Of a DNA stretch of 51,475 bases, positions 12,012-26,049 are shown piece after piece; the stretch's first letter is position 1, and each line of letters starts with the position of its first letter. The position numbers and the translations under genes were made by a program. The notes under the pieces were generated by a model. That model did not search any database, was not told the origin of the DNA, and saw only the letters and a list, made by a program, of their open reading frames with translations. This DNA is from Octopus bimaculoides (taxonomy: Eukaryota), in NCBI RefSeq assembly GCF_001194135.2, contig NC_068988.1, forward strand, positions 76,458,541 to 76,510,015, in the 5' to 3' direction.

Positions 12012-13471
12012 ATACTTTAAAATGGTTTAATGATATTAAAGATAAAAATAGATATAAATTGATTCAGATAGACAGATTATTATTATTCTATTAATGAGAT
12101 TGTACTCAGTAAGGCCCTAATTTATGCGATGAATAAGGTAGGAATGACATGATGAAGTTAATGTGGTTAAAACGGCTAAGAAATCATTGATTAGATATAA
12201 TAATAAATTGTGGGCTAGGAAGGATACTAGGGACTATTTTCATATATCTATGGGGGTACCCGATTCTGCACAGGCAAGTGATTTAGTAGGTATTTATTTA
12301 TTATCGGAACTTCAATTAGAAAAATTAAAGTTGGAGGGTGGTTTATATAGGAATGACTCTTTATTAATAACTAAGGATTGCACCAATAGAACACTAGAAT
12401 TATATAAGAAGAAAATATATAGTTTTTTTTTTAAAGATATGGATTAAGCATAACTATATATAATGAGAACTATAATGTTAATTACTTAGATGCTAATTTG
12501 AATTTAATAACAGGTAAGACCCAACCATTCCATAAAATTAATGAAAACGTTAGATATATTAATGCTAATAGTAATCATCCACCCTCGATTAAGAAATCGC
12601 TGACAGATAATATAGGTAAAAGAATATCGTTACTTTCTTCTAATTTTGAGATTTTCCAAAAACGCGCACCTTATTGTAATGACGCCCTGAAGGAGGCAGG
12701 ATATAATAATAATATTAAATTCTTTAATAATTCTAAATATAATCATAATATAAAAGACTATAATTTAAATGATTCCTATGCTTTTTATGATAATAAACCT
12801 AACATAAATAATTATGATAAGTCTTATTTAGGTAATTATAATATTAGTAATAAGGATTATGATAATACAAAACATAAATATAATAATAGTAAACTAAGAA
12901 ATAAGATTAAATTTAATTCATGTATTCATGATAATAAATTTTATAATATGAAAAATAAATGTAATAATATAAATAATAACAAAATTTGGTTCATTATTCA
13001 TTATGGAGTTCAAGTTAAAACAAACATTATTAAAGAAATTTTAAATATAATTGAGGTATTCCTTAGAGATAATAAAAAATATAACATTTTTTTCTAGTGA
13101 TAATTTTGAAGTTGGTTACTTCTACTACTAATAATGTTGGTAATATTATTTTTTCTTTTAATAAATTTAAGCTGAATAAATTTTACGAAAACAAATCAAG
13201 TAATTATTCCAATAATAATAATACAGACCAGAACGTAATTAATTGTACATGTAGAGATAAAAATAAATGTAAATTTAATAATAACTGTAATCTGGAGGAT
13301 GTAGTATATAAATGTGTAGTGACTTTGCTTGATGATAAAAATATGAATGGTTACAATTTAAATACTATTTACATAGGGTTGTCTTCTAACAAAATTAAAT
13401 TACGTCTGGCTCAACATATGAATTCTTTTAAGAATAGAAATTTAATTAATTCTACTGGCCTTAGTAAATAT

Positions 13472-14534
13472 TGATACGGCCACCGATAAACAAAAATAAC
13501 GTTATGTCCCTATTCCACGAGCTGAGTTTGAAACCGTATTCTGGTATTTCCTTTATCCTGTCAACAAGCACGGTTATTTATAGCGTTGGAATGTGATCTC
13601 TGACCCTTTCCGGTCATCGAAAGTTTAAAAAACAAATAGGAACTGTACGAAACTGACCCAGCTTTGGAGGGGGAACGCAGCACTGTTGGGTGCGGTATCT
13701 GTCATAAATACGAGAGCATAGATTTGGGAATCGCAGTTGGTGTAAACGCAGTTCGTGTAAACACAGCAGCCAGTGAAGAAGGACAGGGCAGTCGGTGTAC
13801 AAGCGATCAGCCAGTGAAGAACGAGTATGTGACAGCCAGCAGTGAGTGAAGAGAAGCAAGATGGACAGAGAGAGAGAGAAGCTATGGACAGAAGGTACCA
13901 GTCAGCAGATAGGAACAGAGTCAGGCTGAGAGAGGGACAGAAAGATGGAACTGTGGCAGGCAAAAGGGATGTATTGGCAGATTTTAGTAGGCTGCGCTGG
14001 TCAGTGCTTGTCGAAGTGGTGGGAGATTTGAATGAAAGGAAATTCTTACGGTGAAGGTTTGTTTACATTTCTTTAAAGAAAAATGTACTTGCGTTGTTAT
14101 ATGTTTTTGTGAAGAAAAGAAAGAAAAAGAAAAATCAAGAACTCTTGTTAATTGTGACGTTAACTGGTTGAAAAGAAAAGAGAGAACTTTGTTGTTACAC
14201 GTTGTTAAAAGAAAAGAAAAACAAAAGAAGCAGTAGAACTTTTAAATGACTCTTGATACACGAACTTTGACTATGTAACGATTGAAAACCTTTGTATTGT
14301 TAAATGCTACATGTATTATTTCAAAAGCAAGTACTATGTTATTGAATGTTTTGTTTTGTTTTGAAAAGTTAGTTTGACTACGCAACGTATGGTCTGTGTT
14401 ATTTCTTCCTTATTGTGGTCATCGTTACGTGCTCCGCCGGGGCTTGGTGGCCAACATCCTGACTCACTGAGCGTCGACGTTCGCGCGCGCGAATTTTCTC
14501 TTCGTCGAGGTGCTCCACGCGGGCGTTCGTAACA
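13472..14534 (+). mobile_element. Solo LTR (copy E, gap-free, 1063 bp)
   Basis: TGATAC...CGTTCGTAACA. Perfect ATAT TSD (13468-13471, 14535-14538). Confidence 0.95.
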
Positions 14535-15348
14535 ATATATAAGGGAACTAAGATCTAAAAACTTTATGCACAATTTAAATTGGGAGATAGTTTGTACGGT
14601 TAAATCTTATCAAATAGATAGTGCTTTTGTTTATTATATACTAATGAATTTAAGGAGATATTATTAACTAATAATAAAAAATTGATTAATTCCCAAGATG
14701 AACGAAAAATCAAAGGCAGACATAAGCTAAATTACTTATACAATAAGTTTAGCTAATTTATGTATTTATATAAACCCTATTTTATGTTACTAATTGTTGT
14801 AGCTATGATTTGTAGTAGTAGAATGTGTATTAATTAGCACAAGATTATAAAGGATATATTACATATTTAGAACAAGATTAAACTAAGATGTTTATAAAAT
14901 TAATTGATTAATTAATTAATGAAAATAGATTAAATTATTGTAATTTAGCATCATTTTTGTATATTATATATAATGTATTTTACGTATTTTAGATTTAAGT
15001 TATTTAGACTTTAGAATTTTCAAGTAAATGATATACTACAGTTAATTTTTTCTTATTCTCACATCTAAAATACATTATGTCATCTTAACGGTTTAAATAC
15101 ATATTTCTATCTCATTATTCCATAATTTTTCTTTACGCCGTATTTTCATGCAATATATTTCTTATAAACACTAAGTTCTACGTATTACGTTTAAAATTTT
15201 AGTTTGAAAGCATTTCTTCGATAAGATGAGTTATGATTTTATTGTAAGAAATATGGTGAAATGTTTTTCGATTATTTATTTATTTATTGTTAAAACAAGT
15301 ATTTTTTTTGCATATTTAGTTGATATTTATTATAAGTTACAATACGTA

Positions 15349-15410
<62 letters not shown>
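15349..15410. repeat. (TAT)n microsatellite
   Basis: Direct reading. Confidence 0.95.
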
Positions 15411-15412
<2 letters not shown>

Positions 15413-15424
15413 TATATTTTATTT

Positions 15425-15537
15425 TAGACCTGACGAGTGACTATATTTTTGAATAGATTTAATTGTAGATCGATTTGATTATTAATAGAATTGGTTTTAT
15501 TAGTTATCTATTTGAAAATATAGCCACGAAACGTGCA
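15425..15537 (+). ncRNA. Type I hammerhead ribozyme, family A (3' part lost in gap)
   Basis: CTGACGA (15430-15436), ~22-bp stem II (gtgactatattttt.gaatagat / atctattt.g.aaaatatagccac), GAAAC (15528-15532), then gtgca before the gap. Confidence 0.7.
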
Positions 15538-16048
15538 NNNNNNNNNNNNNNNNNNNNNNNNNNNNNNNNNNNNNNNNNNNNNNNNNNNNNNNNNNNNNNN
15601 NNNNNNNNNNNNNNNNNNNNNNNNNNNNNNNNNNNNNNNNNNNNNNNNNNNNNNNNNNNNNNNNNNNNNNNNNNNNNNNNNNNNNNNNNNNNNNNNNNNN
15701 NNNNNNNNNNNNNNNNNNNNNNNNNNNNNNNNNNNNNNNNNNNNNNNNNNNNNNNNNNNNNNNNNNNNNNNNNNNNNNNNNNNNNNNNNNNNNNNNNNNN
15801 NNNNNNNNNNNNNNNNNNNNNNNNNNNNNNNNNNNNNNNNNNNNNNNNNNNNNNNNNNNNNNNNNNNNNNNNNNNNNNNNNNNNNNNNNNNNNNNNNNNN
15901 NNNNNNNNNNNNNNNNNNNNNNNNNNNNNNNNNNNNNNNNNNNNNNNNNNNNNNNNNNNNNNNNNNNNNNNNNNNNNNNNNNNNNNNNNNNNNNNNNNNN
16001 NNNNNNNNNNNNNNNNNNNNNNNNNNNNNNNNNNNNNNNNNNNNNNNN

Positions 16049-16122
<74 letters not shown>

Positions 16123-16280
16123 CATACACACTTAGACACAGGAAGGGTCAAAAGCCTTGCACCAAAACATCTGCTATTTTATTTTTATTGCATTGTTATT
16201 GTTGTTATTATTATTATTATTGTTATTATTATTATTATTATTGTTGTTGTTATTATTATTATTATTATCATTATTACTGA
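16049..16280. repeat. (TA)n(TG)n and (ATT/GTT)n microsatellites
   Basis: Direct reading. Confidence 0.9.
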
Positions 16281-16770
16281 GGGAGAATGCAGAGCATGCC
16301 ATCAAAGTGACACTGGATTAAAATATATGAAGCCCAGTATACCCATCATGACTACCTGCCTGATAAGGGTACACACATGCATCACAACCATATGTACATG
16401 TCATGGTGATCTCATGGTGAATGCATGACCTTGCAGGTCGGGCATACTTAGAATTATCTTGAGGTTGAGTATCCCATCCCACTCAAATGGTCCTTGAATA
16501 AGGGTTGTTTAAGGATGTTGAATGAAACACCCATATTTTCATAGATAAATTATTTTAACTCCAAAGAATTCTTCTTGACACATGGCTATGATGCTCCTCC
16601 ACTACTTCTACTTGTGATCAGAGATGCACATATCGTCAGCCACCAAAGGACATGCTCAACCGGTTAGGGTCAAACAACTGACAAGCAAATCTGTGGTATT
16701 GAGCAGAATATTTACTGTAGCCCATCCTCTATACCAAGACAAGACAATGTTCATGATAACACTGCCAATC
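16275..16770 (-). mobile_element. Unclassified interspersed retro-repeat ending in an (AAT)n tail
   Basis: Non-coding, ends at the (ATT)n tract. Classification rests only on tail geometry. Confidence 0.35.
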
Positions 16771-16779
16771 ACTTAAGAT

Positions 16780-17384
16780 CAGAAGCCCTCTTTTCTTGGC
16801 AGGTAAAGTCGATCTATATCTGCTTTATGGTGGTGCATTCTATGCATTGTCAACAGTTTTCGTATTTTTCTGTCAACATTACATATTTCAGTAATTGACC
16901 AGTTAATGATAATGAAACTGTAAGTCATGACCGATATGGCTAAAGTATTGATTGCTTTGATCCTGTTTCTTGCATTCAGCTCTGTCTTCAGTATTGCTCT
17001 CACCCTGCGACAACATTCTCTTCTGATCCTTTCCCTCATCACTGAATATTTGATTCCGTCCCCTTCAATTACCCGTAGGTATTTGTAGCTCTTCGCTGGT
17101 TCTAACTCTTTTATGACACTCTGCTTGTCAAGGTTAACGTTAGATGTTTCTGTCATTTTTCCTTTGATAAAGGTAGCTTTTGCACATTTATCAAGGCCAA
17201 ATTGCATCCTGATGTCATCACTGAATTGTTTAACAATCGCTATTAGGCCCTTGAGTTGTTGGTCATTTTTTGCTAAGAGCTTTAAATCATCCATGTAAAT
17301 GAGATGATTTATATTTTTATCAAACATTTTATAACCATACTGTGCATCATTGTGCAATTTTGAGAGAGGTATTAAGGGTGTTCA
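16780..17384 (-). mobile_element. R4/Dong-type non-LTR element, RT C-terminal fragment
   Basis: NHLIYMDDLKL...FGLDKCA...YKYL...ELNARNRIKAINTLA...DIDRLYLPRKEG. Confidence 0.8.

Positions 17385-17444
<60 letters not shown>
17385..17444. repeat. (ATT)n tract between two R4/Dong pieces
   Basis: Direct reading. Confidence 0.95.
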
Positions 17445-18184
17445 GTTCAGTAGTTTTATTTTTATAACGTGCTTTCACTTCACTACCGAGCGCAGCTCTG
17501 TGTGCCTTGGGTATGTGCTGTGGTTAGCTGTGATGCTCTTATGGTTACTGTATTGAAATGTTTTGCGTAGAATGTGTGCAGTACCCAGTAGTGCAATTTT
17601 CTGTATTATATATATTTGTAAGTCCTGGTGTTTTTGTTATGTATTTGTCTGAATGTTTTTTTATTATACCTAAGGCACCTACTATGATAGGAAGTGTTTC
17701 TGTTTTTAGATTCCACATTCGAGTTACCTCTGTTTTCAGGTCTTTGTATTTTGAAAGTTTTTCCATTTATTTTAGGGAAACATTGTCTTCTGCTGGTATT
17801 GATACATCAATTAGAAAGCAATTTTTTTCTTCATGATCTTTGACAACTATATCTGGTCTATTTGCCTTAATATCTCTATCTGTGTGTATTGGCATATCCC
17901 AGAGTATGGTTGCTTTCTCGTTTTCTGTGACCTTTTCTGGCATGTGTTTATACCATCTTTTTTCTGTTGTTATTCCATAGTCTTGGTATAGCTTCCAGTA
18001 TATATAGGTCCCAGCTCTGTTGTGTCTGTGAATATATTCCTTCTTAGCCAGGACTGGGCAGCCAGAGATAATATGATTTATTGTTTCTTGTCCATCTCCA
18101 CATATTCTACATTTACTTGTTATGTTTCTTTTCATTATATGTTTTTGGTAGTTTCTGGTGGGGAGGCTTTTGTCTTGTGCAGCA
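17445..18184 (-). mobile_element. R4/Dong-type element, 5' truncated: CCHC + restriction-like endonuclease + 3' end
   Basis: AAQD..L.TRNY; CRIC..QETINHIISGC; ANRPDIVV..FLIDVSIP..EKLSKYKDL; PIIVGALG. Confidence 0.9.
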
Positions 18185-19470
<1,286 letters not shown>

Positions 19471-19659
19471 CTGAGCTAGATTCCCTTCCTATCACCAACC
19501 TTCACCTGTTTCTAAGTAAGTTAATATTCGTCCCATGACCAGACATATTTTCAGGGAAGATTGCAAACCATGATGGTGACACTCGCTTAGAACTATAACA
19601 TGATTTCAAGGCAAGGAGACAGTAACACACACACATATACATATTCATGCATTCACACA

Positions 19660-19770
19660 CACACATTCATGGCAAGCTTCATTCAGTTTCCATTGATGAT
19701 GTTATATTTAGCCTGGGCTCTAATAGAAGACACTTCCCAAGGTGACACATGGTGGGCTTGAACCATTTAC
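19660..19770 (-). mobile_element. CORE-like SINE fragment
   Basis: Similar to 1893-2036. Confidence 0.55.
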
Positions 19771-19779
19771 ATAGCACTG

Positions 19780-21370
19780 GCAACAGCCATGACGATTCAC
19801 AGGTGCTATTTACATAGTACCATCAATGACCACAACTATGATGCATGGGTGCTATTTACATGGTACCATCAATGACCATGACTACAACTCATGGGTGCCA
19901 TTTGCATGGCACCAGCAGCAACGACAACTAAGATTCATGGGTATCATTTACATGCACTGGCAATGACCACAACGATTCACAGGTGCCATTTACATGGTAC
20001 CACCAATGACCATGGCTACAATGCAAGGGTGCCATTTACATTGTCTTGGCAACTACTACAGCTACAATTCATTGGTGCCATTTACATGACACCATCAGCG
20101 ACAACAGCTACAGCTATGATACACAGGCAACATTTAAAAGTCACCAGCGATCACCCAACTCTGATTTTCATGGGCGCCAGCAATGGCCATGACTACGATT
20201 TCATGGGTACCATTTACATGACACCATCATGGCAACAGCTATAATTTCACTTGACCTGATGAGTCTTCTCATGCACAGTATATTGCCAGAGGTCTCGATC
20301 ACTTATCATCACCTCTGTGAGCCCCAACGTTCAAAGATTATGATTCACCACCTCGCTCCATGTCTTCCTGGGTCTACCTCTTCTACAGGTTACCTCCTCG
20401 TCCATACACATCATATGGCCATACCAGCACAGCTGTCTCTCTTGCACACCACCTCTGATGTCACTTATGCCCAACTTTTCTTTCAAGATGCTAACATTCT
20501 GACATACATACACTCTGACATTGCACATCAAGTGAAGCATACTAGTTTCATTTCTTTCAAGCCTATGCATGTCCTCATTAGTCACAGCCCATGTTTCACT
20601 GCCATGTAGCATAGCTGTTCACACACAGGCATCATACAGTCTACCTTTCATTCTGAAGAAGAAGCCCTTTGTTACCAACAGAGGTAGGAGTTCTCTGAAC
20701 TTTGCCCAGCCTATTCTTCTTCTCGCAGTTACTCTGAGGACATCCACTTCCACTACAGACTCAGTCACCTAGCTTACCCACCTGGCATTTGATAGGGACT
20801 ATTTTCTGTACATTTGTAGCATTTATTGTACCTGTACACCTTCCAATCACAAAACATGGCTTGTGCAGCTCTCACTAACCACTCATCTATCCTTAGTTGT
20901 TACATTGAACACCAGATAAGGGATCAGGGGACCCTGTCAAAGGCCTTTTCCATGTCGACAAAAGCCAAGTACAAATGTTTATCTTTGGCTAGGTACTTCT
21001 CCCACAGCTTGCCCTGCCAGAAATGTAGCATCAGTGGTACTTCTCACTGGCACAAAATCAAACTACATCTCATCTAGACTCTCTACTTAATTAGTTGGGC
21101 TATAACTTTCATCGCTTGATCTAACAGTTTGATACCTCTGTAATTATTTCTGTCTAAGGCATCACCTTTACCTTTGTAGCAGTTGACAATGGTGCTGCTA
21201 CACCATTCATTAGGTATGACTCCCCCGTGTACAGCCTGATTTACTATATAGGTAACTAGACCATACCCTACACTACCAGATTTTTTAAGCATCTCAGCAT
21301 GTGTTTTCCTGGTTTGCATATCCTTCATGGCTTTATCTACCTATTCAGATTGCTGGTCCGTCTGTTGGAT
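19780..21370 (-). mobile_element. RTE LINE fragment (RT, with deletions, + 3' UTR minisatellite 19785-20240)
   Basis: NCYKGKGDALDRNNYRGIKLLDQAMK; MLHGSETWAVT..RGRPRKTWSEV. Confidence 0.85.
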
Positions 21371-21436
21371 CCACTTTAGTCTAACCCTCCATTTAGTCTA
21401 ACCCTTTAGTCTAACCCTCCACTTTAGTCTAACCCT

Positions 21437-22504
21437 TCCACATCTACAAAACGTTTTCCGTTAAGGACTTTTTTCATTAGGGGAACAACAGAAAGATGCA
21501 GGAAGCAAAATTGAGAGGGTGGTTAAGTGGGGTTATGCCATTTTTGGTCAAAAACTGTCATACACTCCAGGCCGTGTGCACAGGTGTATTGTCATGATGA
21601 AACCCCCGGTCTCCACTTTGCCACAAGTCGGGTCATTTTCATCTCACCACAGCTTGCAAACACTTCAGAACTTCGAAGTAAAATGTCTGGTTAACAATTT
21701 GACCAGGAAGAACAAATTCTGAGTGGACAATTCCTTTTGTGCGAATGAAACAAATTAGCATCATCTTGACATTGGACTTCACTCGACATTTTGGGGCATG
21801 GTGATATTGAATGCTCCTTTGTTTGCTACTTCGTTTCTGGGTCATAGCCATAACACCAACTTTCAATACCAGTGATGACTTTTGAAAAAAGTCTTGGTCA
21901 ACTTCCAACTGTTCTTCCTGTTTATGACATGCATTAAAACATGACCAGTTTTGATCGTCCGTGAGCAAGCAAAGCACAAATTTTACTGCAACTCTTTTCA
22001 TTTGCAACTCCTTACACAAAATATGTTGGCAGGTGCTCCAGGACATACCAGTCATATCAACAAGTTTGTCAATTGTTCAACGATGGTCCTACAAGATTAG
22101 TTCATGAATTTTCGTGATGTTTTCATTTATTTGGGAGGTCGACAGTCACCTTGAATGAGGTTGATCTTCAAGTAACAAGTGACCATTCCTAAAGCATGAA
22201 AACCACTCATAAACTTGTATTTTGTTCATGGCAGCGTCCTTGTAAGCTGTTTGAAGCATGGCAACTCTTTCAGCTGCCTTTTTCCCCAGTAGGAAACAGA
22301 ATTTCATGGAAGCATGCTGTTCCTTCATTTCAGCCATTGCAAAAATTGATGAACAGGGGAGAAGCAAGGCAAAACAATGATGCACCACATGGTAGTACAA
22401 CTAACACCTGAGGGTCATATCAAGTAGCTTTTAGCAGCAGAAGTCTGAACTATGACTGGCTTGATCCACAGAGAACATTTCCAGTTATTTTTGAGTACCC
22501 TCTA

Positions 22505-22505
<1 letters not shown>
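21437..22505 (-). mobile_element. Degenerate mariner, 3' end missing
   Basis: EQHASMKFCFLLGK..VYEWF..F.NG..LED.P; KFV..LLT; HHDN; KRFVDVE. 5' TIR ctagagggtactcaaaaa next to (TA)n. Confidence 0.8.
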
Positions 22506-22568
<63 letters not shown>

Positions 22569-22600
22569 GTGCATATCACATATATGTGTGTGTGTGTGTG
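22506..22600. repeat. (TA)n/(TG)n microsatellite
   Basis: Direct reading. Confidence 0.9.
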
Positions 22601-23269
22601 ATTAAAGCTGATGCACAGACTGTGCACTAAACATCCAACTTTCATTTTCCCCTTTCAACTGGCATCTAACCCAAGAACATTATTTCTAAGTCTTTATTGA
22701 TTTCTGTTATCTGTCTGCAGATTAATGAAGAAGGAAATGTGTAGAAATATATTCTCATTCCATGTATCTGTCTCCTATGAATGATTGCTGTTAAGCAGAA
22801 TGATGGTGTATTTGCTGTGAACTTAATTGAACATTGTCAAAACTTGGTTTAATGGTCAAACTCTCTGATTTAATACCATGCTTATGTTGATTCAGCCTTT
22901 TCTCTTTAGAATAAATATCCAATAATATATTGAGTTTCAATATTTATTCAGAGAACAAGACTAAATATCACCCCTCATTATTGATATTTGTTCTACATTT
23001 TCTGCACTTCTTTTAATGGAAGTAGATTATGTCAGGTGAATATAAGAGATTCATGCATAGCAAAGCAATGGTTAATTTTTGCTTCCCAAACTTTGTTACA
23101 TCAGGTACAACGCATGCACACCAACACCTTTTACACATGTGTGTGTGTGTGTGTGTGACATATACATATATATACATATACATTTGCACATATGCACAAT
23201 GACACATGTACACGTACACACACACACATATATATATATTGATTTCAAATTTTGGCACAAGGTCAGCAG

Positions 23270-23455
23270 TTTTGGCGAAGGTTTTAATTTGGTCACTTCA
23301 CCCCCAGTGTTTGACTGGTAGTAATTTTGTCAACCCCAAAAGGATAAAAGGCAAGGTTGACCTTGGCAGAATTTGAACTCAAAACATAGAGACAAACGAA
23401 ATTCCACTTAGTATTTTCTCCATATGCTAATGATTCAGCCAGATCACCACCATAA
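23270..23455 (-). mobile_element. tRNA-derived SINE (Meta-like), diverged
   Basis: Homologous to 2037-2275. Confidence 0.7.
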
Positions 23456-23899
23456 AACACACACACACACATATTGCAAACATGGCTATTCAATTTGTTT
23501 TGTTAATGCTTTACTCATCCCTGAGTATCAAACACTTACATTTCATTTCAAACAATAAAGTTCCCAAATCCAACTCTATCAGTAATGTTTCAAGACTACC
23601 TCAACCTTATTTTCAGGATATTGAATGGTTTGAGCTTCTGCACTGCTTTTTGCAGAGCCCTTATATTTATACTGATTTTCCAACTAAAACTTGGCCATTA
23701 AACCATTAATGTATTATATCATTAGATTTACACTAATAAAATATGTTATATGTTGACTGTAGCAATATTAGTGCTATGATATTAGTATTGCTTCTAGAAA
23801 CAATCATCTGTTTCTGTGGGGAATTCTATAAAAAATGGAAGTATTTTCTGACAATATTTTCTTATGTAGCTTTGATTTATGGTATGTAGTGTAGGTAAT

Positions 23900-25700
23900 A
23901 AATTGCAATCGTTGTTTGTTATAAATGCGTGTCAAGTCTATAAGTTAGTGTTATACTTATCTGACCTGTGTAACAGTAGGAAATGTGCTGTTTGTAACCT
24001 GCACTTTTATGCTCAAATTTGTAAATTACGTTGGCCATTCTAAGTTGGTTTCCAGGTTTACAAGCTTGTGGTGTTTTAATAAGGAAGTTTTTTATCTTCC
24101 TTTTGTCATATATTAGTGTCAGTTTATGGTTTGGTACGATGAGTTTTGTATTTTGCTTTATGAGACTTTTAATCATGTGTTTGTCTATTGTCTAACCAGT
24201 ATGCATTTGGTTCATACAGAGTGTTCAGGCTAAATTTGATGATTTTTTTTTAAGTCTCCATTTTCAGAAACAGCTTGATGTGTTGGTGAACAGTCAACAG
24301 CATCTGAGAATAATAAAGATTAAAGTTGCTGTTGAGAAAAAGTTAGCTGTCATGGAGAACTGGAATCCATCTAGATATTGGAAAAGTGTAACCTATATTA
24401 TGACGATTTGCACTGGGTATCAAAATGCCAACTGGTGCTTGATGATCTGTGAACATTGTAAAAGCAGTAAGATGTAATATGGACAGTTGCAGTGGAGATA
24501 ACTAAGCCATGACCAACAATTGATGAACAGGGCTTTAGGTTCAATTCAAATGCCTATGTGAAACTGCTGGAAACTGTGGTCAAACCCTGGCTGGAACGGG
24601 TTGCTATTTGAAGGCCACATGTGTTGCAGCAGGATTTGGCTCCTTGCCATGCCTCTAGAAAAAGTCATTAGTGGTTGTTAGATAATTTCTACAACTTCAC
24701 CAGCCTTAATTTCTGGTCTCTCAATCCCCTTGATTGTAAGCACATCGATTACTATGTGTGGGGTGCAGTTGAGAATGACACCAACCACTCTGCTTGCAAC
24801 AGCAAGACTGAGCTGGTGGTCAAGATTAAGGTGGTGTTCAAAAGTCTTCCTAGGGATACAGTGAGGAATGCATGCACCAGGTTTCAGAATCATCATGAGA
24901 TTGTGGTGGAAGATGAGGGCACCAATTTTGAGTAAACTATATCTTCCAGCCATAATCTAGTTGATATCTTTTAATTTTCTAAAATACTTTTATTTTTGGA
25001 TAGGATATTGTTTTTTTCCATTTTGTCTTATGCAAACTGTCACATTTAGCCCAAACACTGTATAATATACTTTGTGTGTAATATGTGAATTCTTTTGTAG
25101 GAGTACTATCTCTTAGAAAGTATTTAAGAGGCTTGAGAGGAATTCAAATTGATGTAAATAGAAAAATATATTAGGATACACAGAATATACGTGGAGACTT
25201 AAAGAAATATGTTCAGAAATATGATAACTAGATCCAAAGATAGAAAACTAAATAAAAAGAAAAATGTCCAGTATTAATATTTAGATTAAAGAATCTGAAT
25301 AAAGACAAATAAAAATAGGATCTCATCCTGAGTAAGGTTAAGAATAAGTATGATAACTGAGATCAAGTGATGATGAATGCTAGTACATGTTTGTATAGGA
25401 CATTAAAAAGAAAAATGGTCCAGCTTACTAGATTAAATTACAAAATATCTATGTATATGGATAAAAGAAGAAAATGCGTAAGGATTTGAGTTTAGTATGA
25501 ACAGATTGTCTCATTACATGTGTAGAACTGAACTATTTGCAAAACAGCTTGGAGATGATCTTTGACACAGGTCCTCTCTAACCTGACAAAGGATTATAAA
25601 GGTGGCTTATGAAATGAATGCAATGTATTTCCATAATTTTGATTAAACACCATATCCAGTACTTCAGGGTGGTTACTGTTTTTTATATTACCTGTAGAGT
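23900..25700 (-). mobile_element. Penelope-like element 3, degenerate (GIY-YIG; probable RT C-terminus right of the maT insert)
   Basis: ANVIYKF...YCYTGQISITLTYRLDTHL at 23919-24176. Extent beyond 25062 is tentative. Confidence 0.55.
24217..25060 (+). mobile_element. Tc1/mariner (maT/DD37D-like), internally deleted
   Basis: VLQQDLAPCH; FWSLNPLDCKHIDYYVWG. Imperfect TIRs cagagtgttcaggctaaattt / atttagcccaaacactg with TA on both sides. Confidence 0.75.
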
Positions 25701-26049
25701 TAATTATAGGCTAAGAGTGTCTAAAAGTTTTAAAGAAAATGTGAGCCCAAGATGAAAATAAATTTAGTAGAATTATAAAGAAAATATCTATTTAAATAGT
25801 CAGAAAAGTGAGGTGGCTAAGGGTTGCAGTAGCAGGTTGCAGTGAAATACAACTTAAAATACTGAATACAGGATAAAGACTTATGGAAACATACAGTACT
25901 GACTGAGAAGGTGTTGAAAAGTTATATCATTGCTTTGACTGATTATGAAAGAGTTTGTTATTTTCTAAAGCTCTCAAAGTTTTATGCAAGCAAAAAGATT
26001 TCTTTACTCTTAACTGCGCAACAGTTGAAAGGTCTTGAGTATAAATTTT

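Larger units (their letters stand above)
10578..15537 (+). mobile_element. Penelope-like element 1 (RT + GIY-YIG), 5' truncated, interrupted by two solo LTRs
   Basis: ITLKDHKDNF..VRLICPCRSDLGKLSK; FHISMGVPDSAQASDLVGIYLL..GGLYRNDS; SNHPPSI; CTC..C...C...VVY...YIG..R..H; C-terminus at 14539-14756. Hammerhead motif in the 3' region. Confidence 0.9.

Noticed and set aside
19785-20240. CRISPR-like palindromic repeat with variable spacers (also 200-520 and 34420-34720)
   Set aside because: The spacers are homologous to each other, the arrays lie in LINE 3' UTRs, there are no cas genes, and the DNA is eukaryotic.
23570-23625. Hammerhead-like CTGAAAA...GAAAC on the minus strand downstream of PLE3
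   Set aside because: The core is mutated, stem II is poor and there is no correctly placed NUH. At most a dead relic.
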